Shown here: positions 44,135 to 57,789 of the stretch, piece after piece
Layout of the letters: every line of letters begins with the position of its first letter
Position numbering within the stretch: position 1 is the stretch's first letter
NCBI GenBank assembly: GCA_951406725.2
Contig: OX597834.1
Span: 7,936,001-8,000,000, forward strand
Length of the DNA stretch: 64,000 bases
From: Octopus vulgaris
Taxonomy: Eukaryota
Reading direction: 5' to 3'
Made by a program: the position numbers and the translations under genes
The notes under the pieces: model-generated
What the model was told of the DNA's origin: nothing
What the model saw: only the letters and a program-made list of their open reading frames with translations
Databases searched by the model: none

Positions 44135-44763
44135 CTTGGAAAATACAACTCGTCAAACACTTCTCATATTTGTCTTCGCTTTGATCTTCGTGCGCAAGAA
44201 ATATTTTACAAAACCTGCTAGAAAATCTTCTCCCTATGGCAGTAATGCCTAAATCTTTCAGTCATATCTTGCAAGTAATAAAACATTTCCTAACACAGAC
44301 CACAAACCGCCTCTTTCGACCTTGTGTCCGCATAAACAAACTTACAAATACAGAGAGACAGACAAACATACACGCACATACGTAAGCACAATTACGACTA
44401 AATACATATCTGCATATACTCATGCAGCTATGGATGAATGCTACATATATGTACACATATAAATAAATAAATAAATAAATGCATATCTCTGTTGTCACCT
44501 TCCTCAAAATCACGTCTCATTTCCTTGACTATATCATCTCCAGATAAATCTACGCTGTGATAAGGTCTCTCTTGATGTATGTGACGAATACAAGAAGACC
44601 AGAAAAATATGAAAAACAAACGGTTTGTCATGTATATGAGTGTCAAATGCAGACTCGTGATCATTCGATCACAAAACAACGCAGAGTTACACATTTCTAA
44701 AGCCATCCATCCATCCATCCATCCATCCATCCATATCATAAATATACATGCATACACGTGCAT

Positions 44764-45050
44764 GTGCATGTGTACAATTATATATTGTGTATATGTGCGC
44801 GCGTCTCTACATATCTGTCTTAATATACATACATGTTGAGCTTTACAGAACCAGTCGTTCTCTTGACTTTCACTCGCACACTTACATACACACACACACA
44901 CAGACACGTGCATGTGTACAATTATATATTGTGTATATGTGCGCGCGTCTCTACATATCTGTCTTAATATACATACATGTTGAGCTTTACAGAACCAGTC
45001 GTTCTCTTGACTTTCACTCGCACACTTACATACACACACACACACAGACA
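44764..45050 (+). repeat. Tandem duplication, about 144 bp x2
   Basis: gtgcatgtgtacaattatatattgtg...cacacagacac repeated nearly exactly. Confidence 0.9.
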
Positions 45051-45056
45051 CACACA

Positions 45057-45158
<102 letters not shown>

Positions 45159-45498
45159 TATAAATATATATATATATATACCTACATAGATATATACACA
45201 CACACAAACATATATATATACATACCTATATACATGCTATATATATATATATGTATTTATATATATATTTATGTATATATCTATTCTAGATATATATAAA
45301 TATACACATGAATATATATACATATATATGTACCTATACATATATATATATATATGTGTGTATTTGTGTGTGTATACATATATTTATGTATATATACATG
45401 TTTCTATACATCTATATATAAATTTATTTTACCATGTATATTTCCATCTCTCTCGGAAAAAGACCCATGCTTGATATATATACACATATATATACATA

Positions 45499-45543
<45 letters not shown>

Positions 45544-45576
45544 CTATGTATGCATGCATGTATGTATGCATGTATG

Positions 45577-45619
<43 letters not shown>

Positions 45620-46229
45620 TCACACAATTTTACACACAGTAGTAGCATCTTGCATTTATATGAATCCTGTCACCTTGTTTTACATAAACTTGCATTTTTT
45701 CCTTCTCCGTTAAACGAAATAATGCTTCGTTCACACGAATTGTTGTAAATATACCTTTGGTAATATACAACAAAACCCATTATGACAGATATTTGTACTC
45801 TCTCACTTATTTCATCCAATATAACATCAAAACCGTGCACCCACTCACATGCATTTATCGTACTTAACACTGTAGATGTTCCTTGAATGTCATCCAACAT
45901 AAGAAGCAAAACATTTGTTCAGTTATTCGCTCATACATTCAACAAATATTCTACTGTATTTTTTATTCTATACACAGACAAACAAGGGCACACACATGCA
46001 CACACACACAGACACACACATAGAGACACACACACATACTCTCTCTCTCTTTCTCGCTCACACACAAAGATATATATATAGACACAGTTAAATAGCTAGT
46101 TAGATATATAGATAGATAAATAGATAGATGGATGCATGGATGGATGGATGGTTGGATAGATAGATAGATAAATAGATAGATAAATATATATATAGAGAGA
46201 GTGATAGAGAGATAGATAGATAGGATGGA

Positions 46230-46410
46230 ATTCACGAAAAAATAAACAAAAGACGAAGACAGAAGTTGTAGAAAACAAACAGTTGTATTAGTATAACGCT
46301 CGGGAAGTGGAAAAGTCTTTAACGTTTCGAACCTACGCTCTTCGACAGAAAAGAACACAGAAAGAAATAAAGAGAGAAACGAGGAGAGAAAAAGATGTGT
46401 GTAGTGGTTA
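46230..46410 (-). mobile_element. Family H3-like element with HHR-like motif at 46317-46352
   Basis: Minus strand: ttt-CTGTCGA-a-gagc(gtag)gttc-GAAAC-GTT-aaag; lies within (GATA)n. Confidence 0.65.
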
Positions 46411-46417
46411 CAGATAC

Positions 46418-46456
<39 letters not shown>

Positions 46457-46457
46457 T

Positions 46458-46492
<35 letters not shown>

Positions 46493-46505
46493 TATAGATA
46501 GATAA

Positions 46506-46578
<73 letters not shown>

Positions 46579-47270
46579 GAGATAGATAGATGGATGGATG
46601 GATGGATGCGTGTTTGTTTCTGTGTATGTGTGTAAAACTACAGTCTATCACAGAAACAGATTTAGCATACACATGGCATCCAGATTCAACGTATGGAACA
46701 CCAGAATTATACATTCGTTTTTCTATATTCAAAATACATAACGTCTGAATATTGTTCTGATTCCTCGATATAAACTCGCATAACAATAAAATTAAAAGCT
46801 CGCTTACACTACCAATAACTTTTATAGCTCAGCACTCAAACACTTTTAAACATACACAACACTTTAATTATCACTTAGATTCATTCAGCTTACATGAAAC
46901 CGCAGTTATTCATTATATACACATTAAACAGCTCACTACACCTGTATACTCACTCACGCTTATTAAACACATATAGCTTCACAGATATTCATCACACTGT
47001 TATATGATTTAGCTTATATAGCACACCGCTTGTACACTCACTTAAAAACATTCTAAGTAATAGCAAAGTCGAGCAGTCATACGCATTAAATCTTCACACT
47101 ATTCAATTTACATAATATTACAGTTCTCTATCACACACGCAAATATTCAAAACACGTAGAAATCTAGTTATACACTCATCACATATTTCCAGCATACGTC
47201 ACCCAAATACAGTGCTGTTATATAATTTCAGTTTATATAACACCAGTGTGGTGTTCTCGCTTTTTTAACA

Positions 47271-48142
47271 TACGAGGTGTTGTCAAAACATTCCCGGACT
47301 AGATATGTTTGATACAAAATAATTTATTTCCCTAAATTTTAACAATATCTATTTCGATATACTCACCTTGAACGGCAATACACTGATCCCAGCGTTGCTG
47401 CCACTTGTGGAATCCGGCCTGGAATTTGCTTACGTAAGCGAGTTTATGGCGTTCTGCAATTCGCTCTGGGTCCCGATAAAGAGGTTAAAACTGCAACCTT
47501 TTAATTGCAGTTTCATCTTGTGAAAGAAATTGAAGTCCGCAGGTGCTAAATCTTGCGGCAAGGGCAGGTGTAGAAGCGATACTATGTTGGTTTGGCGAGA
47601 AATGCATCAGTGAGTACAACTCGGTGACAGTGCATTGTCATCGTGAAAAATCCAATATTTTGCACTCCACAGATCTCCGGTCGATTTCGATGAATGTCCT
47701 CTCTCAAACGCATCAAAACATCTCAGTGGAACTCTTGATTGGCTCTCTGGCTCAGATGGACGAATTCTCGATGGACAGGTTCACATTTCCGAGGTTGACG
47801 CTCGTGGCAAGTCTACCGGATCGCTCATCGTCTTCCAGGAAAGTTCTTCCACTTTTGAAGTGCCCATGACAGTCAAAACATTGCGTATGACCCAGAGCAT
47901 CGTCGCTGTAAGCTTCTTGAAGCATGTTCGAAGTCTCTGTAACAGACCTCCATGAAAAATCGCAGACAACAACGTCCTCAGAATAACACAAAATTCACAA
48001 CTTGCGAAATAAACACAGAGATGTCGCTCGTCACAGTGTCCCACGAAGGTAACTGTTGGGTCACATTGCACACGTAGCTATGTGCTTCCATCTGTTGGCG
48101 AGCTACAGAACTAATCCTGGAACATTTTGATACTACCACGTA
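47271..48142 (-). mobile_element. Internally deleted mariner transposon
   Basis: Imperfect TIRs tacgaggtgttgtcaaaacattcccggactag / ctaatcctggaacattttgatactaccacgta with terminal TA; remnants MLQEAYSDDALGHTQCF..FKSGR..LEDDERSGR and DLAPADF. Confidence 0.9.
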
Positions 48143-48439
48143 CATTTCCTCAGATTTATTTATCTTACATAACACCACAGATGTGTATCCTTTTGTATTA
48201 AGCACACGTAAATTCACACTTGTATACCTATGCACATGCCATGCAGAAAACTCAGACACTTGAGAGACGTCTGTAGAGAAGATTTTATAACAATATCTTG
48301 CCTTTCCTTTCAACTTTAAATACATCTATATTTTCAGATTTCTCTCATAACCAGTCGTGCTCTGCCACCTAGGGTATTGCTGCTGCCACTGAGTAGATAT
48401 TTTACATATCCAGAGAACATCCACTCAACAGAAATGCAT

Positions 48440-48745
48440 TAAGTTAATCCGACATAAAGCTCCCAGACGTAATATCTACCACTTGAGTAATTTCTACTTG
48501 AATATAATGGCTTTAATTCGTTGGTGTTTGCTTTATCCTCCTTCATTCTCTCTCCTCTTATCCTCTGTGGAGCGTTCAATCGCCCAGAAGCCAGCCTTTT
48601 CCTCATATAACGTCGCCTTCTGGAAATTTCGTCTCTGCACACGGCATTTCTGTCGTCGTAAATATGCAACGTCGTAAGAAATTTGGACATTAAGTTTATC
48701 AGTCTTGAAGACTTCTTGTGAAGAATTCAAGCAAGGCTGTCCTCG
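48440..48745 (-). pseudogene. Decayed RTE-like LINE C-terminal remnant
   Basis: Frame-jumping DDRNA.., ATLYEEK, KRLASGRL resemble the RTE ORF end. Confidence 0.4.
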
Positions 48746-48977
48746 TTCTTGGTCATTAAGTTAAATTTCATAAAATACACTTGTGCACGTACATAATCAT
48801 CATGGGTAGTGTCACAGTTGCGCAGGGAAATTTTATGCTCACTCAATATGCACCAGCTGGATATGTAGACTGCATTCACACACACGTACGCACGCACACA
48901 CACCTCACTCATATACAACGCAGAATGTACTTACGCATAATTATCAACATATATTTACACATAAATAAATTATATTC

Positions 48978-49916
48978 TATTCTTTTCTACTCTGGGAACA
49001 AGGCCCGTAATGTTTTAGGAGGGGGCCAGTAAATTAGATCGACTCCAGTACGCAACTGGTACTTAATTTATCGACCGGAAAGGATGAAAGGCAAAGTCAA
49101 TCGCGGCGGAATTTGAACTCAGAACGTAAGGACATGCGAAATACCTATTTCTTTACTATCCACAAGGGGTTAAACACAAAGAGGACAAACAAGGACAGGA
49201 AAGGGATTAAGTCGATTATATCGACCCCAGTGCGTAACTGGTGCTTATTTAATCGACCTCGAAAGGATGAAAGGCAAAGGCGACCTCTGCGGAATTTGAA
49301 CTCAGAACGTAAGGACAGACGAAATACTCATTTCTTTACTACCCACAAGGGGCTAAACACAGGGAGGACAAACAAGGACAGACAAACGGATTAAGTCGAC
49401 CTCGGCGGAATTTGAACTCAGAATGTAAGGACAGACGAAATACCTATTTCTTTATTACCCACAAGGGGCTAAACACAGAGGGAACAAACAAGGACAGACA
49501 TAGGTATTACATCGACCCCAGTGCGTAACTGGTACTTAATTTATCGACCCCGAAATGATGAAAGGCAAAGTTGACCTCGGCGGAATTTGAACTCACAACG
49601 TAACGCAGACGAAATACCGCTAAGCATTTCGCCCGGCGTGCTAACGTTTCTGCCAGCTCGCCGCCCTAAACAGACGAAATACCTATTTCTTTACTACCCA
49701 CAAAGGGCTAAACACAGGGAGGACAAACAAGGAGAAACAAACGTATTAAGTCGATTATATCGACCCATAGTGCGTAAATGGTACTTATTTAATCGACCCC
49801 GAAAAGATGAAAGGCAAAGTCGATCTCGGCGGAATTTGAACTCAGAACGTATCGACAGGCGAAATACCGCTAAGCATTTCGCACGGCGTGCTAACGATTC
49901 TGCCAGCTCACCGCCT
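48978..49916 (-). mobile_element. Tandem multimer of SINE family A units
   Basis: About five partial units rejoined at gacgaaatac|ctatttcttt. Confidence 0.9.
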
Positions 49917-50025
49917 CATAGATAAATTATATTCATTGACAAAAATTAGTCCGGCACATCATACGTTCCTACATCAAATATAAACCTGATGCACAAATAT
50001 TTTGTCACGTACGAACACATTAACG

Positions 50026-50096
<71 letters not shown>

Positions 50097-52029
50097 ACAC
50101 ACACACAAGCACACACATATGCATCTTTTGCACATACGTAAACATTGACTCCCATAAACAGTTAGAAAATTAGAAAATAAATTACTGTTAGGAATTATCT
50201 TCATTTAATTAAAACATCTTTTTTTTTTTAATTTAATTTACAAGCACGAAGAAAATATTAACAAACAAACACAATAGAGAACAATTTCATCACTTTTCGT
50301 GTTCCCACTTTTTTTTTTAATTATTGATACTTCTCTTTCTTTGTGTTTGTGAATTACTGGAAATTTTTCTGATTTTTCTTTTCAAGTTCAGCTCTGATTT
50401 AAAAACAATTTGTAAATGTCGCAATATAAAATGTCACAATTCGCTTTTAGCTTATTTCTCAGCAAAAGAATCGCATCCCTATGACATCTATTATTTTCCT
50501 TCCGTTTCTGTGCAAAGTTTTAAAACAGATTCAGATATCTGTTTGCTTTTGTTAATTATTCTAGTGGAGAGAAAAGCGCGGGGATGTTTGCTTTCTTCCT
50601 TTTTATTAAACACATCTTTTACTTCTTTTCCATTTATTTGCTTCAACCGCCCGCTCTCCCCATCTGCCTTTACACTCGTAAAATATTTTTGAATTACTTT
50701 GGACTACGTATCTTCAGGAGAGAAAGAGAAAAACGCGACAGTTGCGCTCTCACATTGTTTTTTCTATTACGCTTTCTCGTCCGTGTTTGCTTTTCCATAT
50801 TTTAATTTGTATTTTTTTGTCATATTTTAATGTTGCGGAGTAAGTAGAACAGAATATGGTTGGGGGTTTGGGGGAGAGAAAGGAGGTGTTATTAATGAGT
50901 GTTCTCTTGTACGCGAAAGAACTGGTAATCTTCTTTGATGATATAAGATGTCTTGCAGCAAATCTATAGCAACATTTGTATTTTTTCAATTATTTATTTT
51001 GTGCCATTCTTTTTGCGAACAAGAGCGCTATTGAATATTGGTTTCCAAATGGCTAATCACTAATTCACCGAAGTTAACAATAGTGACAATATGAAGGCTG
51101 CTTCTCAGCAACTTATCGATTTTCTAGACGATACTGGTATCTTGCGGTTATATATAGACGTAATTTCAAAGAGAAACACACAACTGCACATGCTCCAATG
51201 CGGGATCTAAAAGATAGCGTATTTATTATTAAAATAACTGTTTTGCTTGTACGCGGTAACTGTCCTTGTTTTAGTTTTTACATATAATGATTTGTGATAT
51301 GTTGTGGACGAATTTCGTTTCTTATTTCTAACGTATATTAAATGCACATTGTGTAGTCTGAGTAAAAATTTAACACACTAGGGTGTGTTATTTGGAGGAG
51401 AATCACATGGTCTGTTTAGCAAGTTGGATAACCATGTGTAGGCTCTGACGCTGTTTACATCATAGATTTGTCTGTTGATGTTAATAAGGAAAATCGAAAT
51501 AAAGATAATGACAATAGTTGTAATAATCATATTAAATGTATTTGATAATTGTATAAATGTCTAGCTCACTTTTATTCGCATAATTATACTTTTGCTTTCT
51601 GTTAAATCCATTTCATTGGCGACATACTTCTATATCATAGTCGCCTACACGAAATCTTTTTATTTGTACACGAATATAGTAAATGATATATTGTTTACAC
51701 TTAGCAATGACAGTCTTAGTCATTCGGTTCTTGTACAGCTAAAAAAAACAAATATAAAATACATAAAATTCTTTGTAGTTTGAAATATGTGCAATATAAA
51801 CAGTGAGATTGGTTAGCAGATTATTTAAGATTTGTAGCAGCAAAAGACTTAAATTTGTTGCTTGTAAGGTCAAATGGAAATGATTGAAACGCTTTTGATG
51901 CAAGAATTAAAAGGAAACTCATCTCCAAAACAATGCATATTATTAATATTCACATGGTCACACCATTAACCAAAGACACAGATTTACAGAACGGTTTAGT
52001 AGCAGACAAAATTATCCATATCAAATGTT

Positions 52030-52760
52030 GGCACAAAGCCATTGATTTCGAGACAGAGGATAAGTTGAGTACATCAATCACAGTACTCAGCTGGTACTTA
52101 TTTTATCCACCCCGAAAAGATGAAAGGCAACGTCGACTTCGGCAGAATTCGAACTCACTACGTAAAGACGGACAAAATACCTATTTCTTTACTGCCCGCA
52201 AAGCGCTACAGTCAGAAGGGACAGACAAGGACAGACAAACGGATTAAGCCGATTACATCGACCCCAGTGCGTAATGGTACCTATTTAGTCGATCTGGGAA
52301 GGATGAAAGGCAAAGTTGACCTCGGCGGAATTTGAACTCAGAACGTAACGGCAGACGAAATACCTATTTATTTATTACCCACAAGGGGCTAAACACAGAG
52401 GGGACAAACGGATTAAGTCGATTACATCAGCCCTAGTGCGTAACTGGTACTTATTTAATCGACCTCGAAAGGATGAAAGGCAAAGTCGACCTCGGCGGAA
52501 TTTGAACTCAGAACGTAACGGCAGACGAAATACCTATTTATTTATTACCCACAAGGAGCTAAACACAGAGGAGACAAACAAGGACAGACAAACGGATTAA
52601 GTCGATTATATCGATCCCAGTGCGTAACTGGTACTTATTTAATCGACCCCGAAAGGATGAAAGGCAAAGTCGACCTCGGCGGAATTTGAACTCAGAACGT
52701 AGCGGCAGACGAAATACCACAAAGCATTTCGCCCGGCATGCTAACGATTCTGCCAGCTCA
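52030..52760 (-). mobile_element. Second tandem multimer of SINE family A (about four units)
   Basis: Same junction at about 52180, 52365 and 52535; single head at 52700-52760. Confidence 0.9.
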
Positions 52761-53086
52761 AGAATTGAAATGCCTCTAGTAATTATTAATTACCACCCTT
52801 CACTATTTAAAATAAGATCACATTGTTTTCATCAATGGAAGCGGGGTAATTATAAAATATATCACTTAGGCTAATGACATGTTTAAAGCATCCTAGTTTT
52901 AACTGAAATAAAAACAGAGCTGAGAAGTCTCCATCGATAAAAAGGGATGTCATAGTTTAAAAAGAGTACGACTAGTGAACAATGTTTCTTTCTATCAGAT
53001 ATTGGGTGCCATGCACTCTGTTATCCTTATGTAGATTGACTTTTATTAACAGATTGACTTTTATTAACAGATTGACTTTTATTAAC

Positions 53087-53440
53087 AGTGGGTTCAGTCC
53101 TACTGCATGGCACCTTGGGCAAGTGTCTTCTACTATAGCCCCGGGCCGACCAATGCCTTGTGAGTGGATCTGGTAGACGGAAACTGAAAGAAGCCTGTCG
53201 TATAAATATATATATATGTATGTGTGTTTGTGTTTGTCCCCCTAGCATTGCTTGACAACCGATGCTGGTGCGTTTACGTCCCCGTCACTTAGCGGTTCGG
53301 CAAAACAGACCGATAGAATAAGTACTGGGCTTACAAAGAATAAGTCCCGGGGTCGATTTGCTCGACTAAAGGCGGTGCTCCAGCACGGCCGCGGTCAAAT
53401 GACTGAAACAAGTAAAAGAGTAAAAGAGTGAGTAAAGAGA
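53087..53440 (+). mobile_element. SINE family C, 5'-truncated
   Basis: Starts at the B box gggttcagtcc; preceded by an 18-bp x3 repeat (53033-53086). Confidence 0.9.
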
Positions 53441-54179
53441 GAAGATCGAAAGATCGACCAGACATGTATTCGCTTAAAGAATTTGTTGGCAGTTTTTAAC
53501 TAAGGAATTCGGTCTTTGTCAAAAGAAAATAAACTTCTGTTTTTGGTACCTTTGGGCAGAACAATACCTGCTATGAGGCTTCAGTTCATCAAGTCAATGA
53601 AATACCCGTGGATATTATCTAGGAATTATAGTTGTTATGGAATAACATATTTTGCCATTCGTGTTGAAGAATATTTTTAGATACATTTTAAATGTAAAAA
53701 TGCAGAATTCGAAATTATAGTAAGTCCATTAGAATTTAAGAGGCATTCTTTTTATGCTTCCACGTTTACTTAATTATATTAAATAATATCTTCGATTAGT
53801 TAGTGCGATACAGATGGATTACAAAAACCAAAAAAAAAAAAAACACTACTGCAACTTGTATTTATTTTTATTTTTGTTGTTCAGTGTTGTTTTAATGGAT
53901 CGCACCTGATTTAGCAGACCGGTGAACAAATGCGATCCTTTTGAAGATGAAATTTAGAAAAAGAATTTATTATGCCTCCATTCGTTATTTGGGGCATAGT
54001 TTGTGTGCGTGAAGATTGTCTGCTGATTTTAGGAGATACATTGACCCTAGAAGGTGTCCTTATTTGCTCAACGTAGTGTTTCTTGCCTTGGTTCTCAATT
54101 TTTAATGGAAACTTAGAGATGTCGCTTTCTGAGAAACAGTTTGGTAGGGCCTCTGATTAGTAGACGTATCGTCACGAGA

Positions 54180-54296
54180 GAAGGTGAAAGAAAAGGAAGC
54201 GGAAGAGGAGGGGAGGAGAAAGAGAAGAAAGAGAAGGAGGATGCGGAAAAGAAGAGGGAGAAGTATAATAATGATAATAATAATAATAATGATAAC

Positions 54297-54371
<75 letters not shown>

Positions 54372-54873
54372 AAGAAGAAGAAGAAGAAGGAGAAGAAGAA
54401 TGAGAAGAAGGAGGAGAAGAAGAAGAAGAAGAAGAAGAAGAAGAAGAGGAGAAAGATGATGATGATGAAGAAGAAGAAGAGGAAGAAGAAGGAGAAGAAG
54501 AATGAGAAGAAGGAGGAGAAGAAGAAGAAGAAGAAGAAGAAGAAGAGGAGAAAGATGATGATGATGAAGAAGAAGAAGAGGAAGAAGGTGATGAAGAAGA
54601 AGGGGAAGGAGAGGAAGAAGAAGAAGAAGAAGAGGAGGAAGATGATGATGAAGAAGAAGAAGAAGAGGAGGAAGATGATGATGAAGAAGAAGAAGAAGAA
54701 GGGGAGGAAGATGATGAATGAGAAGAAGGGGAGGCGGAAGAAGAGGAGAAGAAAAAAAAGAAAAAGGAGAAGAAGAAGAAGAGGAGAAAGATGATGATGA
54801 AGAAGTAGAAGAAGAAGAAGAAGAGGAAGGTGATGATGATGAAGAAGAAGAAGAAGAAGAAGAAGAAGAAGAA

Positions 54874-54905
<32 letters not shown>

Positions 54906-54922
54906 AGAAGAGGAAGAAGAAG
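54180..54922. repeat. Compound (AAT)n/(GAA)n/(GAT)n low-complexity tract
   Basis: Direct inspection. Confidence 0.95.
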
Positions 54923-55445
54923 TATTTGAAAGGTACTGCATTTAACGAAAGCTTAAGACTGAGAGCAGTGAGGTAGCGAATGAGAGAAAGAGAGAAGAAG
55001 GTGAGAAACAAGGAATGAATATCCCTCATTCTACCCGGCATATTATTACCTCTGCCGATTAGCCACATTGTCAATGCTACATATAAATATAAACAAATAT
55101 CATTGTGGAGCTGGCACAGAAAGCAAAAGGCGTGGCACCCTTGCTTCATTACCAGATTCTGTGATTTCACGGTGTTGATTTTTCACAGGATGCCCCTTTG
55201 AAAAGATATGTGCTGCAGTTTCTAACGACTGCTTTATTGCTATCAGGATGGGTGGAGCACCACAACTTTTTTGGGACTCAATCACCTCCATTATTTGTAA
55301 CATGCACATATGTTCTTAGTTCAAAGGCGGTTGGCATCGGTGAATTTACCTTTCATTCCTTCGGGGGCGATAAACGAAAATACAAACAGGATACTGGTGG
55401 AAGTATCATCATCAACAACATCATCAACAACAACAACAACAGCAG

Positions 55446-55812
55446 TGGAGGCACAATGGCCCAGTAGTTAGGGCAGCGGACTCACGGTCGGAGGATCGCG
55501 GTTTCGATTCCCAGATCGGGCGTTGTGTGTGTTAATTGAGCGAATGCACCTAAAGCTCCACGATGCTCCGGCATTGGGGTGGTGGTGGTGACCCCTGTTG
55601 TACTCTTTCGCTTCAACTTTCTCTCACTCATTCTTCCTGTTTCTTATCCCCGACTTCCTACGCAACCGCTGAGCCTGGATGACCATTCATCCGTCCGTCG
55701 ATGCTCTCGGTGTCGGGGGTTGACCTGCCTTCCGTTCTGTGGGTCTTACGAATAGCAAAAGACGATGTTTCGGACTTTTCCCACTCTGGGACGAAGCGCG
55801 CTTCGCTCAACA
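55446..55812 (+). mobile_element. SINE family B (tail type 1)
   Basis: gtggaggcacaatggcccagtagttagg head; (caaa)n tail. Confidence 0.88.
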
Positions 55813-56002
55813 AACAAACAAACAATCATCCACAGCAACTTCATTATCCCACAGGACTTAATTTCCTGCAATAATATTTCCCATTTCTGCTTTACCTTCA
55901 GGCCCACACTTGCTCCCCAACATTGGAAATAAATTTTTATCCTTTGTATTCGTATTATTGCTATTCTGACGTTTTTTGTTATATATTCATGGTATTCTCT
56001 AT

Positions 56003-56346
56003 ACTCTTTTACTTGTTTCAGTCATTTGACTGCGGCCATGCTGGAGCACCGCCTTTAGTCGAGCAAATCGACCCCGGGACTTATTCTTTGTAAGCCCAGT
56101 ACTTATTCTATCGGTCTCTTTTGTCGAACCGCTAAGTGACGGGGACGTAAACACACCAGCATCAGTTGTCAAGCAATGCTAGGGGGACAAACACAGACAC
56201 ACGTATATATATATACATATATACGACAGGCTTCTTTCCGTTTCCGTCTACCAAATCCAGTCACAAGGCATTGGTCGGCCCGGGGCTATAGCAGGAACCA
56301 TGTGGTTGCTTAGCATACTACTTACCACACAGCCACTCCTGCGCCT
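56003..56346 (-). mobile_element. SINE family C with internal deletion removing the B box
   Basis: ggggctatagca|ggaaccatgtgg junction near 56293. Confidence 0.88.
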
Positions 56347-56397
56347 ATCATTGTATCATTTGTAACAAGAATTTACATAGTTACCAGCGTTCAAGTA

Positions 56398-56742
56398 AAG
56401 AGCCGGCGGAATCGTAAGGAGGCCGGGAAAATGTTGCTGGCTAGTATTTCGTCTGTCCTAAGTTCAAATTCCGCCAAGTTGAACTTCACGTTTTTATCCT
56501 TTCGTGGCCTTTAAAATAAATACCAGTTAAACACTGAGGGCATTGTAATCGACTTGCCCCTCACGCAAAATGCTGGCCTTTTTCCATAATTTGAAACCAA
56601 TATTTTTACAAGCGCTAACATTTGGCCCCTCTTTAAGTTCAAATTCCGCTGAATTCGATTTGTCATTCTTTTCATTATTTCATTATTTCATTATTTCGAG
56701 GTTGAATACTGAGGGTGATGTGATCGACTTAGCCCCACGCAC
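56398..56742 (+). mobile_element. Diverged SINE family A fragments (two)
   Basis: Two aagttcaaattccgc and actgaggg..tgt.atcgactt blocks. Confidence 0.6.
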
Positions 56743-57384
56743 AAATTTATTTTAATGGAAGCATAACGAAATATTGAGACCTGCCCCTCCTTCCAATTAA
56801 ACCATTACAACCTGTTCCGCGGTCGAGTGGTTAGCGACTAAACTGTTTCCTCCATTAAGGTATCTTGCTACAGAAGGCTGTGTGTGTACAGTCAGTAAGA
56901 TTAATAACAAGACATATCGAATGACAAATGAGCTTCTTGCGAATTAATATCCATCAAGTTGAGGGGAAGCAATGGTAAACAAGATCAATATCTCTCCCAA
57001 CAGAACACTATGAAGAACGTAGCGCTTTCACATTACTCGACGGGAGAACTCGCGCTTAAACGGCAACGCATTTGTTATGGTGTCACCAACTCAGCAGAAG
57101 AGTATGCTACATAGCTACAACGAATGCACTGTGCAAACCACGCGATCATCAGGCAATATTTAACAGAGAGTAAAGTACTGATTTGCTAAGAAATCGACAG
57201 ATTTTCAAACACGTTTTAAACATTGGTAGATGAGCCTCAGATTGCATAATGTACTGGTTAATCCTCTCCCAAATTTTATTATCCTTGCATTTAAATAAAG
57301 ATGCATAAGGAATCAATTATCGCAAAATTTAAAACGCAATCGCTCGTACGCATCTCTCTCTCTGTACATATATATATATATATA

Positions 57385-57690
57385 TGATGGCCGTCCACTC
57401 GTGACCTAGGAAGACCATTGCCGACCTTCAGGAACATTGTGCGCTCTAGGACTAACTTATATTTTGCTTTCGCGGCTCCGTTGGTGGCTAATGAGCCCTG
57501 CTCTTGACAAGCATACACCACTGCAAACATTGCAGACCAAGCTTTCCCTATTCACTATACGAGCCGTGCGCTTTCGCGCAGCTCGCTTAAGTTCTTCATG
57601 CTGCATACGTGCTCTCTCAGAAGTGTCGATCTCCTCCTTAACCTGCTTCCTCCATCTGTGGCGATGACAGGCATTGCTCTCCAAGTCAGT
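57385..57690 (-). mobile_element. RTE LINE 3' end with C-terminal zinc-finger motif
   Basis: WRKQV......RARK..LVCNVCSGVCLSRAGLISHQRS. Confidence 0.75.
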
Positions 57691-57789
57691 GTTCTTTGCC
57701 TATCAACTTACCCTCTCTTCAACTCCTAATATATGCATATATGTAATATATATATAAACATATATATATATAAACATATACATTTTTTA

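Noticed and set aside
48978-49916. Repeat array superficially CRISPR-like
   Set aside because: Units are SINE fragments without unique spacers; no cas genes; eukaryotic context
54102-55170. Long overlapping ORFs (217-332 aa)
   Set aside because: Derived from (GAA)n/(AAT)n low-complexity sequence
55446-55520. tRNA-like sequence (also at other SINE heads)
   Set aside because: Continues into a multi-copy SINE body; no intact cloverleaf evident
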